The position numbers and the translations under genes were made by a program. The notes below the pieces were generated by a model that did not search any database, was not told where the DNA came from, and saw only the letters and a program-made list of their open reading frames with translations. A stretch of DNA of 57,026 bases from an uncultured Planctomycetia bacterium (lineage in GTDB: Bacteria > Omnitrophota > Gorgyraeia > 2-02-FULL-51-18). Shown here one piece after another: positions 1 through 8,808 of the stretch. Numbering within the stretch: the stretch's first letter is position 1; every line of letters begins with the position of its first letter. The stretch is taken from assembly GCA_964612035.1 (NCBI GenBank), contig CAZTBX010000088.1, forward strand, positions 1 to 57,026. The letters run 5' to 3'.

Positions 1-13
1 GTGGGGAACCCCT

Positions 14-58
14 CGCCAAAAAAGCAATAGGCCAAAGGCTCTCAGCGCTTTTTTGGCG
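14..58. repeat. Perfect 12-bp inverted repeat (cgccaaaaaagc / gcttttttggcg) with a 21-nt loop; hairpin of unknown role at the window edge
   Basis: Arms 14-25 and 47-58 are exact reverse complements, read directly from the sequence. Confidence 0.6.
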
Positions 59-198
59 TCTCCCCATACCCTTTAGAGAAAACTTCATGAGCTTGCTCGA
101 AAAAGTGCAAATCGCAAAGGAGAGAATGGGTGAGAGGCTTGGATTAAATTACAGTAGCCACCCGCTGGCTCTGCTTCAAGGACACTAGCCAATGGTTA

Positions 199-355
199 AA
201 GGGCGACCCCTTTTTTTGTGACGAGCCGCTATGCGCCGTCCAGGCCGCATTAGACACTTTCCTTCCTAACCTATACCGCAGGTGTCGGGGGAGTAGGTCC
301 AAAGCCCTGCTATAAAAGGCGCGACGGCTCGGAGCAAAAACAAGGGGTCGCCCTG
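199..355. other. ~155-nt structured noncoding element (sRNA-like or MITE-like long inverted repeat) upstream of nth
   Basis: Three collinear complementary segments: 201-210 gggcgacccc with 344-353 ggggtcgccc, 222-228 cgagccg with 325-331 cggctcg, and 233-237 gcgcc with 318-322 ggcgc. Both arms read agggcgaccccttNtttt in opposite orientation. No credible CDS covers the region. Confidence 0.4.
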
Positions 356-423
356 CAACCCACATGTGGTAGAGACTCGTTCGCTATCCAGGTCCCGCCG
401 GCTTTATGTTAAAATAAATCAAT

Positions 424-1095
424 ATGAGGAAGAAAAATCTTATTCTAGAAAATCTCGATGAGGTCCTGAAGGCTATCGACAAGGCGTCCAAGGAGTGGGT
501 GCAGCCTGTGGTGGGCACTTTCGCGTCGGGCAAGAATTCGCATTTCAAGATACTTATTTCCACGCTGATCAGCCTGCGCACCAAGGACAAGGTCACCAAA
601 GAGGCGAGTCACAGGCTTTTTGCGCTGGCCGAAACGCCCGCCGATATGCTGAAGCTCTCTATCCGGCAGATAGAGAAGGCCATCTATCCGGCGGGGTTCT
701 ATCACACGAAGGCCAAAAACATCCTGCATGTCTGTGACGATCTTCTCGAGCGGTTCGACGGACGAGTACCGGACGATCTTGAGGGCCTGCTTTCCCTGCG
801 CGGGGTGGGGAGAAAAACCGCCAATTTGGTGGTGACTGTGGGTTACAACAAACCAGGCATCTGCGTGGACACGCATGTGCACCGCATCTCCAACCGATGG
901 GGTCTGGTCAAAACCCGCACCCCCGACGAAACAGAGAGGGAATTGAGGAGGCTTTTGCCTCAGCGCTATTGGATCCATTTCAACGATTTTCTGGTGGTTT
1001 ACGGCCAGAACCTTTGCGTGCCCATTTCTCCCTTTTGCAGCCGGTGCTCTTTTGCCCATTTTTGCCCCCAAAATGGAGTTGTTAGGTATCGTTAA
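424..1095 (+). CDS. nth: Endonuclease III (DNA glycosylase/AP lyase)
   Basis: 223 aa. Helix-hairpin-helix LRGVGRKTANLVV, catalytic Asp context CVDTHVHRI, and a C-terminal 4Fe-4S loop CVPISPFCSRCSFAHFC (C-x6-C-x2-C-x5-C). Confidence 0.9.
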   Translation: MRKKNLILENLDEVLKAIDKASKEWVQPVVGTFASGKNSHFKILISTLISLRTKDKVTKEASHRLFALAETPADMLKLSIRQIEKAIYPAGFYHTKAKNILHVCDDLLERFDGRVPDDLEGLLSLRGVGRKTANLVVTVGYNKPGICVDTHVHRISNRWGLVKTRTPDETERELRRLLPQRYWIHFNDFLVVYGQNLCVPISPFCSRCSFAHFCPQNGVVRYR

Positions 1096-1118
1096 GAAAA
1101 CTTACTTTTTAATAAGAA

Positions 1119-1147
1119 TTGACTATTTTTGATTTATAGTATATATT
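1119..1147 (+). promoter_or_regulatory. Sigma70-type promoter candidate: TTGACT-17 nt-TATATT
   Basis: -35 ttgact at 1119-1124, a 17-nt AT-rich spacer, and -10 tatatt at 1142-1147, about 30 nt upstream of the ATG at 1178. Confidence 0.5.
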
Positions 1148-1177
1148 TTCCACATACTACAGAGAAGGGCCAAAACC

Positions 1178-1966
1178 ATGAAAAAAGTGCAGTTTTACTC
1201 TCTTGTTTTAACGGTTGCTTTAGGGTGCATGTTCCGGGTAACGAATGCCGACGCGTCTGACCGAGCCAAGGCCCTGTTTGTGCAGGGGAACGCGACATAT
1301 CAATTGCCTGGAAGCGAATCACGCGTTTTGGCTTCGGGAGACACGCTCCCAGAGCGCACCCGTATAGTCACCGGCCCTAATTCATCGGTGGATGTTGCTA
1401 TCGGGGAAACCGTGGGCAGCGCTTTGAAGATCAATGCCAATAGCCGGGTGGGTGTTACCGCCTCTGACACCGTCGATATTCGTGTGGAGCGAGGCAAGGT
1501 AGTCTTGATCGTGAAGGAGCTACCGGCTGCCGGCGGCGTGCATATCGAAACTTCTTTTGCGGCTTCTTCGATGACTTCTATCGGCGGGATAATTGTGAGC
1601 GCTGATGGTGTAGAGGTGCTCGAAGGCATGCCCTTGAAGATGCAAACGAACGACGGACAAACCATAATGGTGGAACCTGGCAACGGGCTTCGCATGTCCA
1701 CCGATGGATCCGTGAGCGAATCGTATCAGGTGCAAAACACCTCCAACTACAGCGATTTCAAAGGACAGATCAGCGATTATCGATCCGGGATACAGTCGGC
1801 TGCGGAAGCGCCTGCCGCAAAAACTGGCAAGACCGAGACTGCGACTGAAAAAAGTGGAAAAGAACAAAAAACTGATGAAGAAAGTCAGGTTGATTTATCG
1901 GACGCCAAGACGGCAGACACGCCCATCAATATTCCCATACCTCCCGACGCAGCCTCAGTTCCGTAA
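1178..1966 (+). CDS. Secreted protein with a FecR-like beta-sandwich region and an acidic/Lys-rich low-complexity tail
   Basis: 262 aa. N-terminal signal peptide MKKVQFYSLVLTVALGCMFRVTNADA. Central pattern (LASGDTLPERTRIVTGPNSSVDVAIGE...VERGKVVLIV) resembles FecR-domain proteins. Function is unknown. Confidence 0.55.
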   Translation: MKKVQFYSLVLTVALGCMFRVTNADASDRAKALFVQGNATYQLPGSESRVLASGDTLPERTRIVTGPNSSVDVAIGETVGSALKINANSRVGVTASDTVDIRVERGKVVLIVKELPAAGGVHIETSFAASSMTSIGGIIVSADGVEVLEGMPLKMQTNDGQTIMVEPGNGLRMSTDGSVSESYQVQNTSNYSDFKGQISDYRSGIQSAAEAPAAKTGKTETATEKSGKEQKTDEESQVDLSDAKTADTPINIPIPPDAASVP

Positions 1967-2013
1967 TTAATTCTAGTCTCAAAAAAGTTCTTGCCTATGA
2001 GATCGCGGACCCA

Positions 2014-4035
2014 GTGAAAGCTTCTGCGGCGTTATTCTTAGATAGGGTTCGCATTATCCCCCTTATTTTTATTTTTTTTGTGACGGCTTTTTATTTTGGC
2101 GGCGCCCAGGGCATGTCTCTTTTTATTTCCCGGGCACTCATTTTGTGCCTGTTCTGCTTGTCTTCTTTTTCACCGTCTTTTTTGAGACTAAGCGCTTCCG
2201 AATGGCAGGTCATCCAAATGCCACTGGCTGGCTTTTTCCTGTTTTTGGTCTACCTGGTATTTCAAGCTTGGGGCGGGCATGCCGTTTTTTTGCATGGAAT
2301 AGGTTCCGTTTATGTCTATGAAACCACCCATTCCGCGATACAGCTTTTTGTTTACCTGATCTTTTTCTTGGTTTGTTTGGATTTTTTTTCTTCCTACAAG
2401 CGAATTCTCTTGGTGGTTCATTTTTTTGCGTTTCAGATCGTGTGCCTCATCTCCTGGGCCTACTACTTGAAGATCAATCATTTGGTCGGGGGGACCCATG
2501 CTCATCCTGACCCGCTACAATTTTTTGCCGGAAATTCGAACAACTTTGGCGGAGTCCTTGCTATGACGACGCCGTTTTTCCTGGGCGTGGTCGCTTACCA
2601 TCAACGGATGATGCGCAAGCCATTTTTGAATGACACCTTGATCGAAATGCTTTTCTATTTGGTTTTGACCGGAATAGTCTCTGCGGCGATCTTCCATTTT
2701 GAGGCAAGGACGGTTTTTATTTTGCAGCTCTTCGTCCTCGCTTGTTTCCTGCTATCCAACTTAAAAGATCGCATGATGGTTCAACTGCTTTTCGCGTGCG
2801 TGATCGTCTTTTTTTTGGTCTTGGGACTGAACAGCGTCAGCTTGCCAGCCAGTTTTCTGAAGGCCTATCAAAACCTGCCAAAAGAGCTAGGCCATCTTTT
2901 CGGCGTCAATTCTTCGGCATTGAGGATCCTATTCCAATACCCTTGGTTTGGGACAGGTTTGGGCACTTTTATCTGGGTGGCGCGAGGTTATCAAACCGTC
3001 AATCCTGAGATGCAGTTCTATACCAACAGCTACAATTCCTATCTGGACCTTCTTTCAGAGACAGGCCTTGTCGGTTTCACGCTTTTCTTTGTTCCGTTCA
3101 TTATTTTTGTGTTGGGCGTTTTTAAATATCCGCTGGATCCCGAGGCAGATGCTGAAAGTCACTCCTTAAGATCTTCATCTTTGCTCGCGATATTCATCGC
3201 TGTTTTGCTGGCGCTGTTCAATGACTATGTGAAGCTTCCGGCCATTGCTCTCCTTTTGACCCTGCACCTGGCTTTGGCGGTCAAGGCGATCGGCTTGGCA
3301 GAACATCCGCTCAAGCGAGTTATAGCCGTATCCGAATTCATCGGGCCACATCGCCGCACGGCGCTCGTATTGATCATACTGGTTTTCACAGCTGTTCTCT
3401 GGCACAGTGATCGCGAGCTGCGTTTTCGGATGCTTCTAAACCAAAGCGGTTCGCTGCTCAGCCACGGACTGAGCCTGGAAGCCGAAAAGCCGAGACTCAC
3501 AGAACTGGAAAAAGCGACGCATCTTATACCGAGCAACGCCGAATCATGGTCGCTTTTAGGGCGCGCCTATGCAGAAAAGGCTGCTATTTCCTCTGACGCG
3601 TACGCCCGACAAACGTTGACCCGTCGATCGATCGCCTCCTATGAGATGTCGACAAAGATCTTGCCGACATGGCCTGACACATGGTTTCATCTTGGAAGAA
3701 CGAAAATCGCCGCTGGGTTTATTGATGAAGGCCTCGAATGCTTGGAAAAAGGGGCAGGCCTGGCCCCACACAATCGCGACGCGCTTCTTTACGTGGTCGC
3801 GGCCTATCTTCAGGTGGCAGATGAAACTGGCTTGGCGGCCAAGAAAGGGTTTTATAAGCAAAGGGCGATCGACCTTATGAAAAAAACATCTCAATTTGAG
3901 AGACCTTTTTCTGCCCAAGATTTTGATTACATCAATAATTATGATTACGTGAACGGAAGGCCCCATACTCTCGACGAGCAAGACAAGAAGCGGATCGAGG
4001 CGATCTTGGCCCCGTCAAAGCGGCTTCTCCCATGA
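2014..4035 (+). CDS. O-antigen ligase/polymerase-like (Wzy_C family) multi-pass membrane protein fused to C-terminal TPR repeats
   Basis: 673 aa with a GTG start and more than 10 hydrophobic segments. Wzy_C-type motif NSYNSYLDLLSETGLVGF. The C-terminal ~200 aa are soluble and TPR-like (AESWSLLGRAYAEK..., PDTWFHLGRTKIAAG...). Confidence 0.75.
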   Translation: MKASAALFLDRVRIIPLIFIFFVTAFYFGGAQGMSLFISRALILCLFCLSSFSPSFLRLSASEWQVIQMPLAGFFLFLVYLVFQAWGGHAVFLHGIGSVYVYETTHSAIQLFVYLIFFLVCLDFFSSYKRILLVVHFFAFQIVCLISWAYYLKINHLVGGTHAHPDPLQFFAGNSNNFGGVLAMTTPFFLGVVAYHQRMMRKPFLNDTLIEMLFYLVLTGIVSAAIFHFEARTVFILQLFVLACFLLSNLKDRMMVQLLFACVIVFFLVLGLNSVSLPASFLKAYQNLPKELGHLFGVNSSALRILFQYPWFGTGLGTFIWVARGYQTVNPEMQFYTNSYNSYLDLLSETGLVGFTLFFVPFIIFVLGVFKYPLDPEADAESHSLRSSSLLAIFIAVLLALFNDYVKLPAIALLLTLHLALAVKAIGLAEHPLKRVIAVSEFIGPHRRTALVLIILVFTAVLWHSDRELRFRMLLNQSGSLLSHGLSLEAEKPRLTELEKATHLIPSNAESWSLLGRAYAEKAAISSDAYARQTLTRRSIASYEMSTKILPTWPDTWFHLGRTKIAAGFIDEGLECLEKGAGLAPHNRDALLYVVAAYLQVADETGLAAKKGFYKQRAIDLMKKTSQFERPFSAQDFDYINNYDYVNGRPHTLDEQDKKRIEAILAPSKRLLP

Positions 4036-4868
4036 ACCTGTTAGAATCCTACGCCATTCGGGTCCGACACAGCCGCTATCTGAAACACGCGCGGTTTTGG
4101 GATCTTGTTCGTCCGCTTTATAATTTTTTCCTCGCTTGTGTGACCCCAAAAGGACTAACGAGGGTTATCAATGGCAGTGATCGGATGTTGATCTCTTCGA
4201 AGTTCAGAGGTGTCAGTGAAAGCTATGAACCCCGTGTTTGGGAGTATTTGATGAGGCATGTTCGCCCCAACGATCGGATCGTGGATGTAGGGGCATTCAT
4301 CGGGTTGTATGCAGTGGCTCTAGGCAAGAGGTTGGGGCCGTCAGGACAAGTGTTCGCTTTTGAGCCCGAAGAGAATAACTATCAGGCTCTATGTGAACAC
4401 GTCCAATTGAATGGGCTAGCGGAAAAAGTCCGTCCGATCCGGGCGGCCGTGAGTTCGAGCTGCGGGCGCATCGCTTTTGTGTCCAAAAGCTGTGAATCTC
4501 ATGTATCCTTGTCCCCGGCGGCCAACGACTCCTTGACTAACATTGAATGCGTGACCCTCGATAGTGTGTTCCCCAAAGAGGCGCTGGATATCATGAAGAT
4601 CGACGTGGAAGGTTATGAAGAGAGTGTTCTAAAAGGCGCCTCCAAACTTTTGTCCGATGTTCAACGTCGACCTCGTCTCCTATGCGTAGAAGTGCATCCT
4701 TTTGCTTGGGCGGAAGCCGGGACGACCAGTGAATCGTTGATCTCTTTACTGGAAGGCGCCGGTTATTCGATCACAGACCTAGAGGGGAATATCGTGAAGA
4801 AGATCGACGCCTACAGCGAGATCTTCGCAAACCTTAAGGATGGCCAGGAGGCCAATGAAAAGATCTGA
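4032..4868 (+). CDS. FkbM-family SAM-dependent methyltransferase
   Basis: 278 aa. VDVGAFIGLYAVAL (SAM motif I), FAFEPEENNY and IMKIDVEGYEESVLKGA are the hallmark FkbM blocks. ATGA overlap with the upstream gene. Confidence 0.85.
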   Translation: MNLLESYAIRVRHSRYLKHARFWDLVRPLYNFFLACVTPKGLTRVINGSDRMLISSKFRGVSESYEPRVWEYLMRHVRPNDRIVDVGAFIGLYAVALGKRLGPSGQVFAFEPEENNYQALCEHVQLNGLAEKVRPIRAAVSSSCGRIAFVSKSCESHVSLSPAANDSLTNIECVTLDSVFPKEALDIMKIDVEGYEESVLKGASKLLSDVQRRPRLLCVEVHPFAWAEAGTTSESLISLLEGAGYSITDLEGNIVKKIDAYSEIFANLKDGQEANEKI

Positions 4869-5559
4869 CAGTAGCTCCAATTTCCTCGTTCTACGAACCA
4901 TCAAGAATTGGATGCTGCCCGCTGGCAAGCGGACGCGCGTGATCCCTTTTGGATTGTACCGAGGGATCCAATTCGACATTGATCTTCGCACACAAGCGCA
5001 ACTTTATTTTGGTCTCTGGGAAGCGGAGACCCATCGTGATCTCAAAAAGATCTCCAAGGGGGTTCGCACGGCCATTGATATTGGCGCCGCTTGGGGAGAG
5101 CAGACGCTTTATTTTTTGTCAAAAACCACCGCAAAAAAGATCTACGCGTTTGAGCCGGCGACCGAGTGTTGCGAAAGCATCCGCAAGAATACGGCGCTGA
5201 ACAAACTGGAGGGTTCGCGCCTCGAGATCATTCAAAAATATGTTGGGCCCAAAAATGATGCCAGGACGGTGACGCTCGACTCCTTGCTGGACCGAATAGA
5301 ATTTCCATGCGTTGTCAAAATGGATATTGATGGGGGCGAAGTGGATGCTTTGAAAGGGGCCGAGAAGCTCATGGAGGCCTCTGGCGTGAGGTGGTTGGTG
5401 GAAACACACACGTTTCGCCTGGAACGTGAGTGCATCGAACTTTTCAAGCGGCACGGCCATCGCACAAAGATCATTGATAACGCCTGGTGGAGAGTCGTTC
5501 TTCCGGAGCAGCGACCGGGAGAAATGAATCGGTGGCTCTTGGCCTTGAAACAGCCTTGA
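4840..5559 (+). CDS. FkbM-family SAM-dependent methyltransferase (tandem paralogue)
   Basis: 239 aa. AIDIGAAWGEQTLYF, YAFEPATECCE and VVKMDIDGGEVDALKGA. Overlaps the preceding FkbM gene by 29 nt; an alternative ATG lies at 4855. Confidence 0.8.
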   Translation: MARRPMKRSDSSSNFLVLRTIKNWMLPAGKRTRVIPFGLYRGIQFDIDLRTQAQLYFGLWEAETHRDLKKISKGVRTAIDIGAAWGEQTLYFLSKTTAKKIYAFEPATECCESIRKNTALNKLEGSRLEIIQKYVGPKNDARTVTLDSLLDRIEFPCVVKMDIDGGEVDALKGAEKLMEASGVRWLVETHTFRLERECIELFKRHGHRTKIIDNAWWRVVLPEQRPGEMNRWLLALKQP

Positions 5560-6656
5560 AGATCCTCGTTCTCGTCACAGACGCCCATGGCGGTAAGGGG
5601 GGTATCGCGAAGTTCAATGTCGATTTTCTTGCCGCGTTGTGCTCAGCGGAAAACGTAAAAGACGTCGTTTGTGTGCCTCGCCTTTTCTTTACGCGCCCCG
5701 CGGCCCTTTCCCCTAAGCTAAAGTATCTTGAACAAGCAGCCAACGGCCTCGCGAGATATCTCCGCGTCATTTTGTTCGATCGAACCCTTGACGTGCACTT
5801 CGACGCGGTATTTTGTGCCCATATTCACTTACTGCCTTTTGCGGTTTTCTTGGCCCGCCGGTGCAAGGCGCCTCTTCATCTGGTCGTGTATGGTTTCGAG
5901 GCGTGGAAACCCAACCGTATTTTTTTACGGTTCTTTTTGCGCGGGCTTGCTAGTTTTATTTCTATCAGCGAGTTTACAAAGCAGAAATTTTATTCCTGGA
6001 GCCAGGTGAGCGCGCCTTCTTTCATTCTTCCATGCTGTGTTGATCTCGAACGGTTTCATCCGGGTCCGAAACCTGAGCGTTTGATGAGGAGATTTGGGCT
6101 GCAAGGAAAAAAGGTGCTTTTAACTCTCGGCAGACTTGCGGCGAGTGAACAATTAAAAGGGCATGACCGGGTGATCTCTGCTTTGCCCGCTCTTTTGAAA
6201 CAAATACCAGACATTGTTTATCTCATTGCCGGAGAAGGGGATGACCGGAAAAATTTGGAGAGACAAGCCATTTTAAAAGGGGTAGAAAAAAGCGTTATTT
6301 TCGCCGGTTTTGTCGAAGAAAGTGACAAGCCTGAGTTTTACCGCCTGGCCGACGCGTATGTGATGCCGAGCCGAGGAGAGGGTTTTGGGATCGTGTTCTT
6401 GGAAGCGCTTGCCTCGGGACTTCCGGTAGTAGGAAGCTCGCTGGATGCCGGCAAGGAGGTTTTGCAAGACGGAAAGCTGGGCATTTTGGTGGACCCGGAC
6501 GATCCGTTCGATATTCAAAGCGGGATACTTCGCGCGCTCCGATCGCCTATTCGTCCTTCGCGAGAAAAGCTGGAACACTTCTCTTATTCGAGCTTCGAAA
6601 GAGCCTGCCACCGTATTTTAAACGAAATTGCTATTTCTCAAAAATCTGGAGGCTAA
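5556..6656 (+). CDS. Glycosyltransferase, GT4 (GT-B) family
   Basis: The ORF is open from 5487, but a TTG at 5556 (TTGA overlap with the upstream stop) gives the typical N-terminus (M)KILVLVTDAHGGKGGI. C-terminal E-x7-E region MPSRGEGFGIVFLEALASGLPVV. Confidence 0.85.
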   Translation: MKILVLVTDAHGGKGGIAKFNVDFLAALCSAENVKDVVCVPRLFFTRPAALSPKLKYLEQAANGLARYLRVILFDRTLDVHFDAVFCAHIHLLPFAVFLARRCKAPLHLVVYGFEAWKPNRIFLRFFLRGLASFISISEFTKQKFYSWSQVSAPSFILPCCVDLERFHPGPKPERLMRRFGLQGKKVLLTLGRLAASEQLKGHDRVISALPALLKQIPDIVYLIAGEGDDRKNLERQAILKGVEKSVIFAGFVEESDKPEFYRLADAYVMPSRGEGFGIVFLEALASGLPVVGSSLDAGKEVLQDGKLGILVDPDDPFDIQSGILRALRSPIRPSREKLEHFSYSSFERACHRILNEIAISQKSGG

Positions 6657-6705
6657 CTATTTTCTAACTCATCTATTTTGAGGTGGTTAGCATTATTTTT
6701 CGTTC

Positions 6706-6744
6706 TTGACAAAAATGTAATTTTAGTTCAAAATTACATAAAAT
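6706..6744 (+). promoter_or_regulatory. Promoter candidate with an embedded perfect palindrome (possible operator) in front of the export/assembly operon
   Basis: The only sizeable intergenic gap in the glycan locus (6657-6796, AT-rich). TTGACA at 6706-6711. Palindrome atgtaatttt-agttc-aaaattacat at 6715-6739. TAAAAT at 6739-6744. Confidence 0.4.
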
Positions 6745-6796
6745 AGCTTGCTAATAATAATTGGAGTACTAAATTCAATCGGAGATATCAAATTTT

Positions 6797-8152
6797 ATGC
6801 CGTTTCCGCACGGTGTTAAGCTTACCGTTGCAGGAATGGCTGGTTTTGTGATGTTCTGCTCATTTTGTCAGCCAGCGTTTTCAGTCAGTCTGGGCGAAAG
6901 GTCCGCTGGCTCAGACCAGTCATTCGTAGCGGGAAGTTCTTTGCGGGGTCTGACGGAAACGATTCATGGAGAGGGGCAGTTGCCGGCTTCAGACGAAGCC
7001 GAAGGGTCTGACTGGGTGTTGGGTAAGCGTCTGGAAATTTTGACGGCTTACGAGGGAAATGTGTTTGCCACACGCACGGATGTAAAGGACGACATTATCA
7101 CTACCTATGCACTCCCTCTTAGCTTATCCCGACGACGAACCAATGATCTCACTCAGCTGTTTTATACGGTCTCGGCGGTGCGTTATGTTGAAAACAGTGA
7201 ATTAAACCGGGTCAATCATAGCATGGGATCGAAGATTTCATATAAAACCGACAAATTCAATTTTATATTGGATGAAAAACTCACTCCTTCCACGGCCATT
7301 GCCGTCGGAGAGAAGACGGAGTTGAAGACCACAGGATCATCGCGGGTGACCACGACGATCAACAGCCTGTATTCGTCCATGTCCTACGCGCTTTCGACGA
7401 AGACGCTGGCGAGTTTTTCTTATGGGAATTATGTCTATTATTTCCCAAGGGCGAAGAACTCAGCCAGTGTTGCCAATTTCAGCACGCAGACGCATTCGTT
7501 TGGGCCGTCGCTCACATATCAGTGGACGCCGAAGACCCGGATATCGACAACCTACCGGAGCCAGGTCATTGATTATTTTGTCGGGACGGGCGCTTTTGAT
7601 TCGGTTACCGGTGAGTGGCTTGTGGGCCTGGAGCGGAAGCTGACCGACAAGACACGACTCACGCTAGAGCTGGGTTTAATGGATCGAAACTATCGGCACA
7701 TACCGACACCCAAAAAGCTCGGGTACAATGCCAAGGGAGCCGTTTCTAGCAAACTGAGCTCTAAACTTTTGTTGACCTTGGCGGCGGCGCGCAACACATT
7801 AGTCGAGAATTTGAACACTGAAACGTCTCCGACACTGATCCAAACGACAGACGATGTGGGGCTTAAGCTGACCTGGATGGCCACCAAGCATCTGAGCGCT
7901 GATCTTGGCCTGAGCGCAGGCCTGATCTCCCGCGAAGGATATATCACGCTGGCGGATCCGGACAATCCGAGCCTGACATTTACGCGCGAGGCGAAAGATG
8001 ACTTCTATCAACTGGAGTGCGCCGGTTATTGGACGCCAAAGTCTTTTGTCACGTTTGCGCTCGCTTATTATTATTTCAATAAGAATTCTTCGTTCAAGAA
8101 TTCTGAATACGACAATCACCGCGCCACTATCTCAATGGAATATCAATTTTGA
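6797..8152 (+). CDS. Predicted outer-membrane beta-barrel protein, first gene of the polysaccharide export module
   Basis: 451 aa. Hydrophobic N-terminal signal-like segment ending FSVSLG. Alternating-polarity strands rich in T/S/Y throughout. The C-terminal ...ISMEYQF ends in an aromatic Phe, typical of BAM substrates. Confidence 0.6.
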   Translation: MPFPHGVKLTVAGMAGFVMFCSFCQPAFSVSLGERSAGSDQSFVAGSSLRGLTETIHGEGQLPASDEAEGSDWVLGKRLEILTAYEGNVFATRTDVKDDIITTYALPLSLSRRRTNDLTQLFYTVSAVRYVENSELNRVNHSMGSKISYKTDKFNFILDEKLTPSTAIAVGEKTELKTTGSSRVTTTINSLYSSMSYALSTKTLASFSYGNYVYYFPRAKNSASVANFSTQTHSFGPSLTYQWTPKTRISTTYRSQVIDYFVGTGAFDSVTGEWLVGLERKLTDKTRLTLELGLMDRNYRHIPTPKKLGYNAKGAVSSKLSSKLLLTLAAARNTLVENLNTETSPTLIQTTDDVGLKLTWMATKHLSADLGLSAGLISREGYITLADPDNPSLTFTREAKDDFYQLECAGYWTPKSFVTFALAYYYFNKNSSFKNSEYDNHRATISMEYQF

Positions 8153-8805
8153 AAAAAGCTTTTTGGATAAAATTATATATCGGCATGCTTCTGTTCGCCT
8201 ATCCGTGTGTCGCGGAGGAAAGCGAAACGGCCACTGATCCGGGCGGAGAGGTTGCCGCGGAGACTCTTGGCGTCTCGTCCGAAGAGAGCCCCGGAGCCAT
8301 CCGTCCAGGAGATCGTCTGAACATTCAGATCTATCGAGAAAAAGACATGTCGGGGATCTTCACGGTCGACGCGTCCGGAAATATCAACTATTATTTTTTG
8401 GGCGAGATACACGTGGAAGGATGGACGCTCGGCCGTCTCAATAGCTATCTCACGGAAGCGCTGGGCAAGGACCTGCTGTATAATCCCCAGATCCAAGTTG
8501 CTTTTGAAGTGAGTCTTGAAAAGAAAGACGTGATTTTAAGCAAAAGCTTTGTTTCGATATTGGGACAAGTGAACCGTCCGGCCAATTACCCTCACGTGCC
8601 CGGCATGACTTTGGTCCGCCTTTTGTCTGAAGCCGGCGGTTTTGCTCCAGCGGCTAACCAAAGCCACGTGACCATCATTCGGCAATCCGAGGGAAAAGAG
8701 CAGCGCGTACTGAAAGTGAATGTCTCGAGAATATTGAGTGGGAAAGAAAAAGACGCACCTATCGAACCCCAAGATGTTGTTGTGGTTCCGGAATCATTTT
8801 TTTAA
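8149..8805 (+). CDS. Polysaccharide export protein (Wza/Poly_export + SLBB family, short form)
   Basis: 218 aa with a TTG start and signal peptide. Poly_export block IRPGDRLNIQIYREKDMSGIFTVDASGNINYYFLGEIHVEGWTL. SLBB-like block ILGQVNRPANYPHVPGMTLVRLLSEAGG. Confidence 0.85.
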   Translation: MKKAFWIKLYIGMLLFAYPCVAEESETATDPGGEVAAETLGVSSEESPGAIRPGDRLNIQIYREKDMSGIFTVDASGNINYYFLGEIHVEGWTLGRLNSYLTEALGKDLLYNPQIQVAFEVSLEKKDVILSKSFVSILGQVNRPANYPHVPGMTLVRLLSEAGGFAPAANQSHVTIIRQSEGKEQRVLKVNVSRILSGKEKDAPIEPQDVVVVPESFF

Positions 8806-8808
8806 CCT

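Noticed and set aside
3-188. A 62-codon open frame entering from the left edge (...FRENFMSLLEKVQIAKERMGERLGLNYSSHPLALLQGH-stop), possibly the 3' end of an upstream gene.
   Set aside because: No start codon or recognisable domain is visible. The frame contains a perfect 12-bp hairpin, which is unusual inside coding sequence. An open frame of this length at a window edge is not improbable by chance. I left it unannotated; it needs upstream sequence to resolve.
188-423. The structured region might be RNase P RNA, tmRNA, SRP RNA, 6S RNA or a riboswitch.
   Set aside because: The universally conserved cores are absent on both strands. These include GGAAAGUCCGGGC and ACAGAACCCGGCUUA of RNase P, and the tRNA-like 3' end plus tag ORF of tmRNA. 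A GGAAGGAAAG stretch on the minus strand only loosely resembles the SRP GGAA-loop motif. nth is not a known riboswitch-controlled gene.
144-599. Minus-strand ORFs 144-365 (73 aa) and 384-599 (71 aa).
   Set aside because: The first lies across the inverted-repeat element, and its sequence is Arg/Ser/Leu-rich with no motif. The second runs antisense into the nth start. Neither has a plausible RBS context that I can see.
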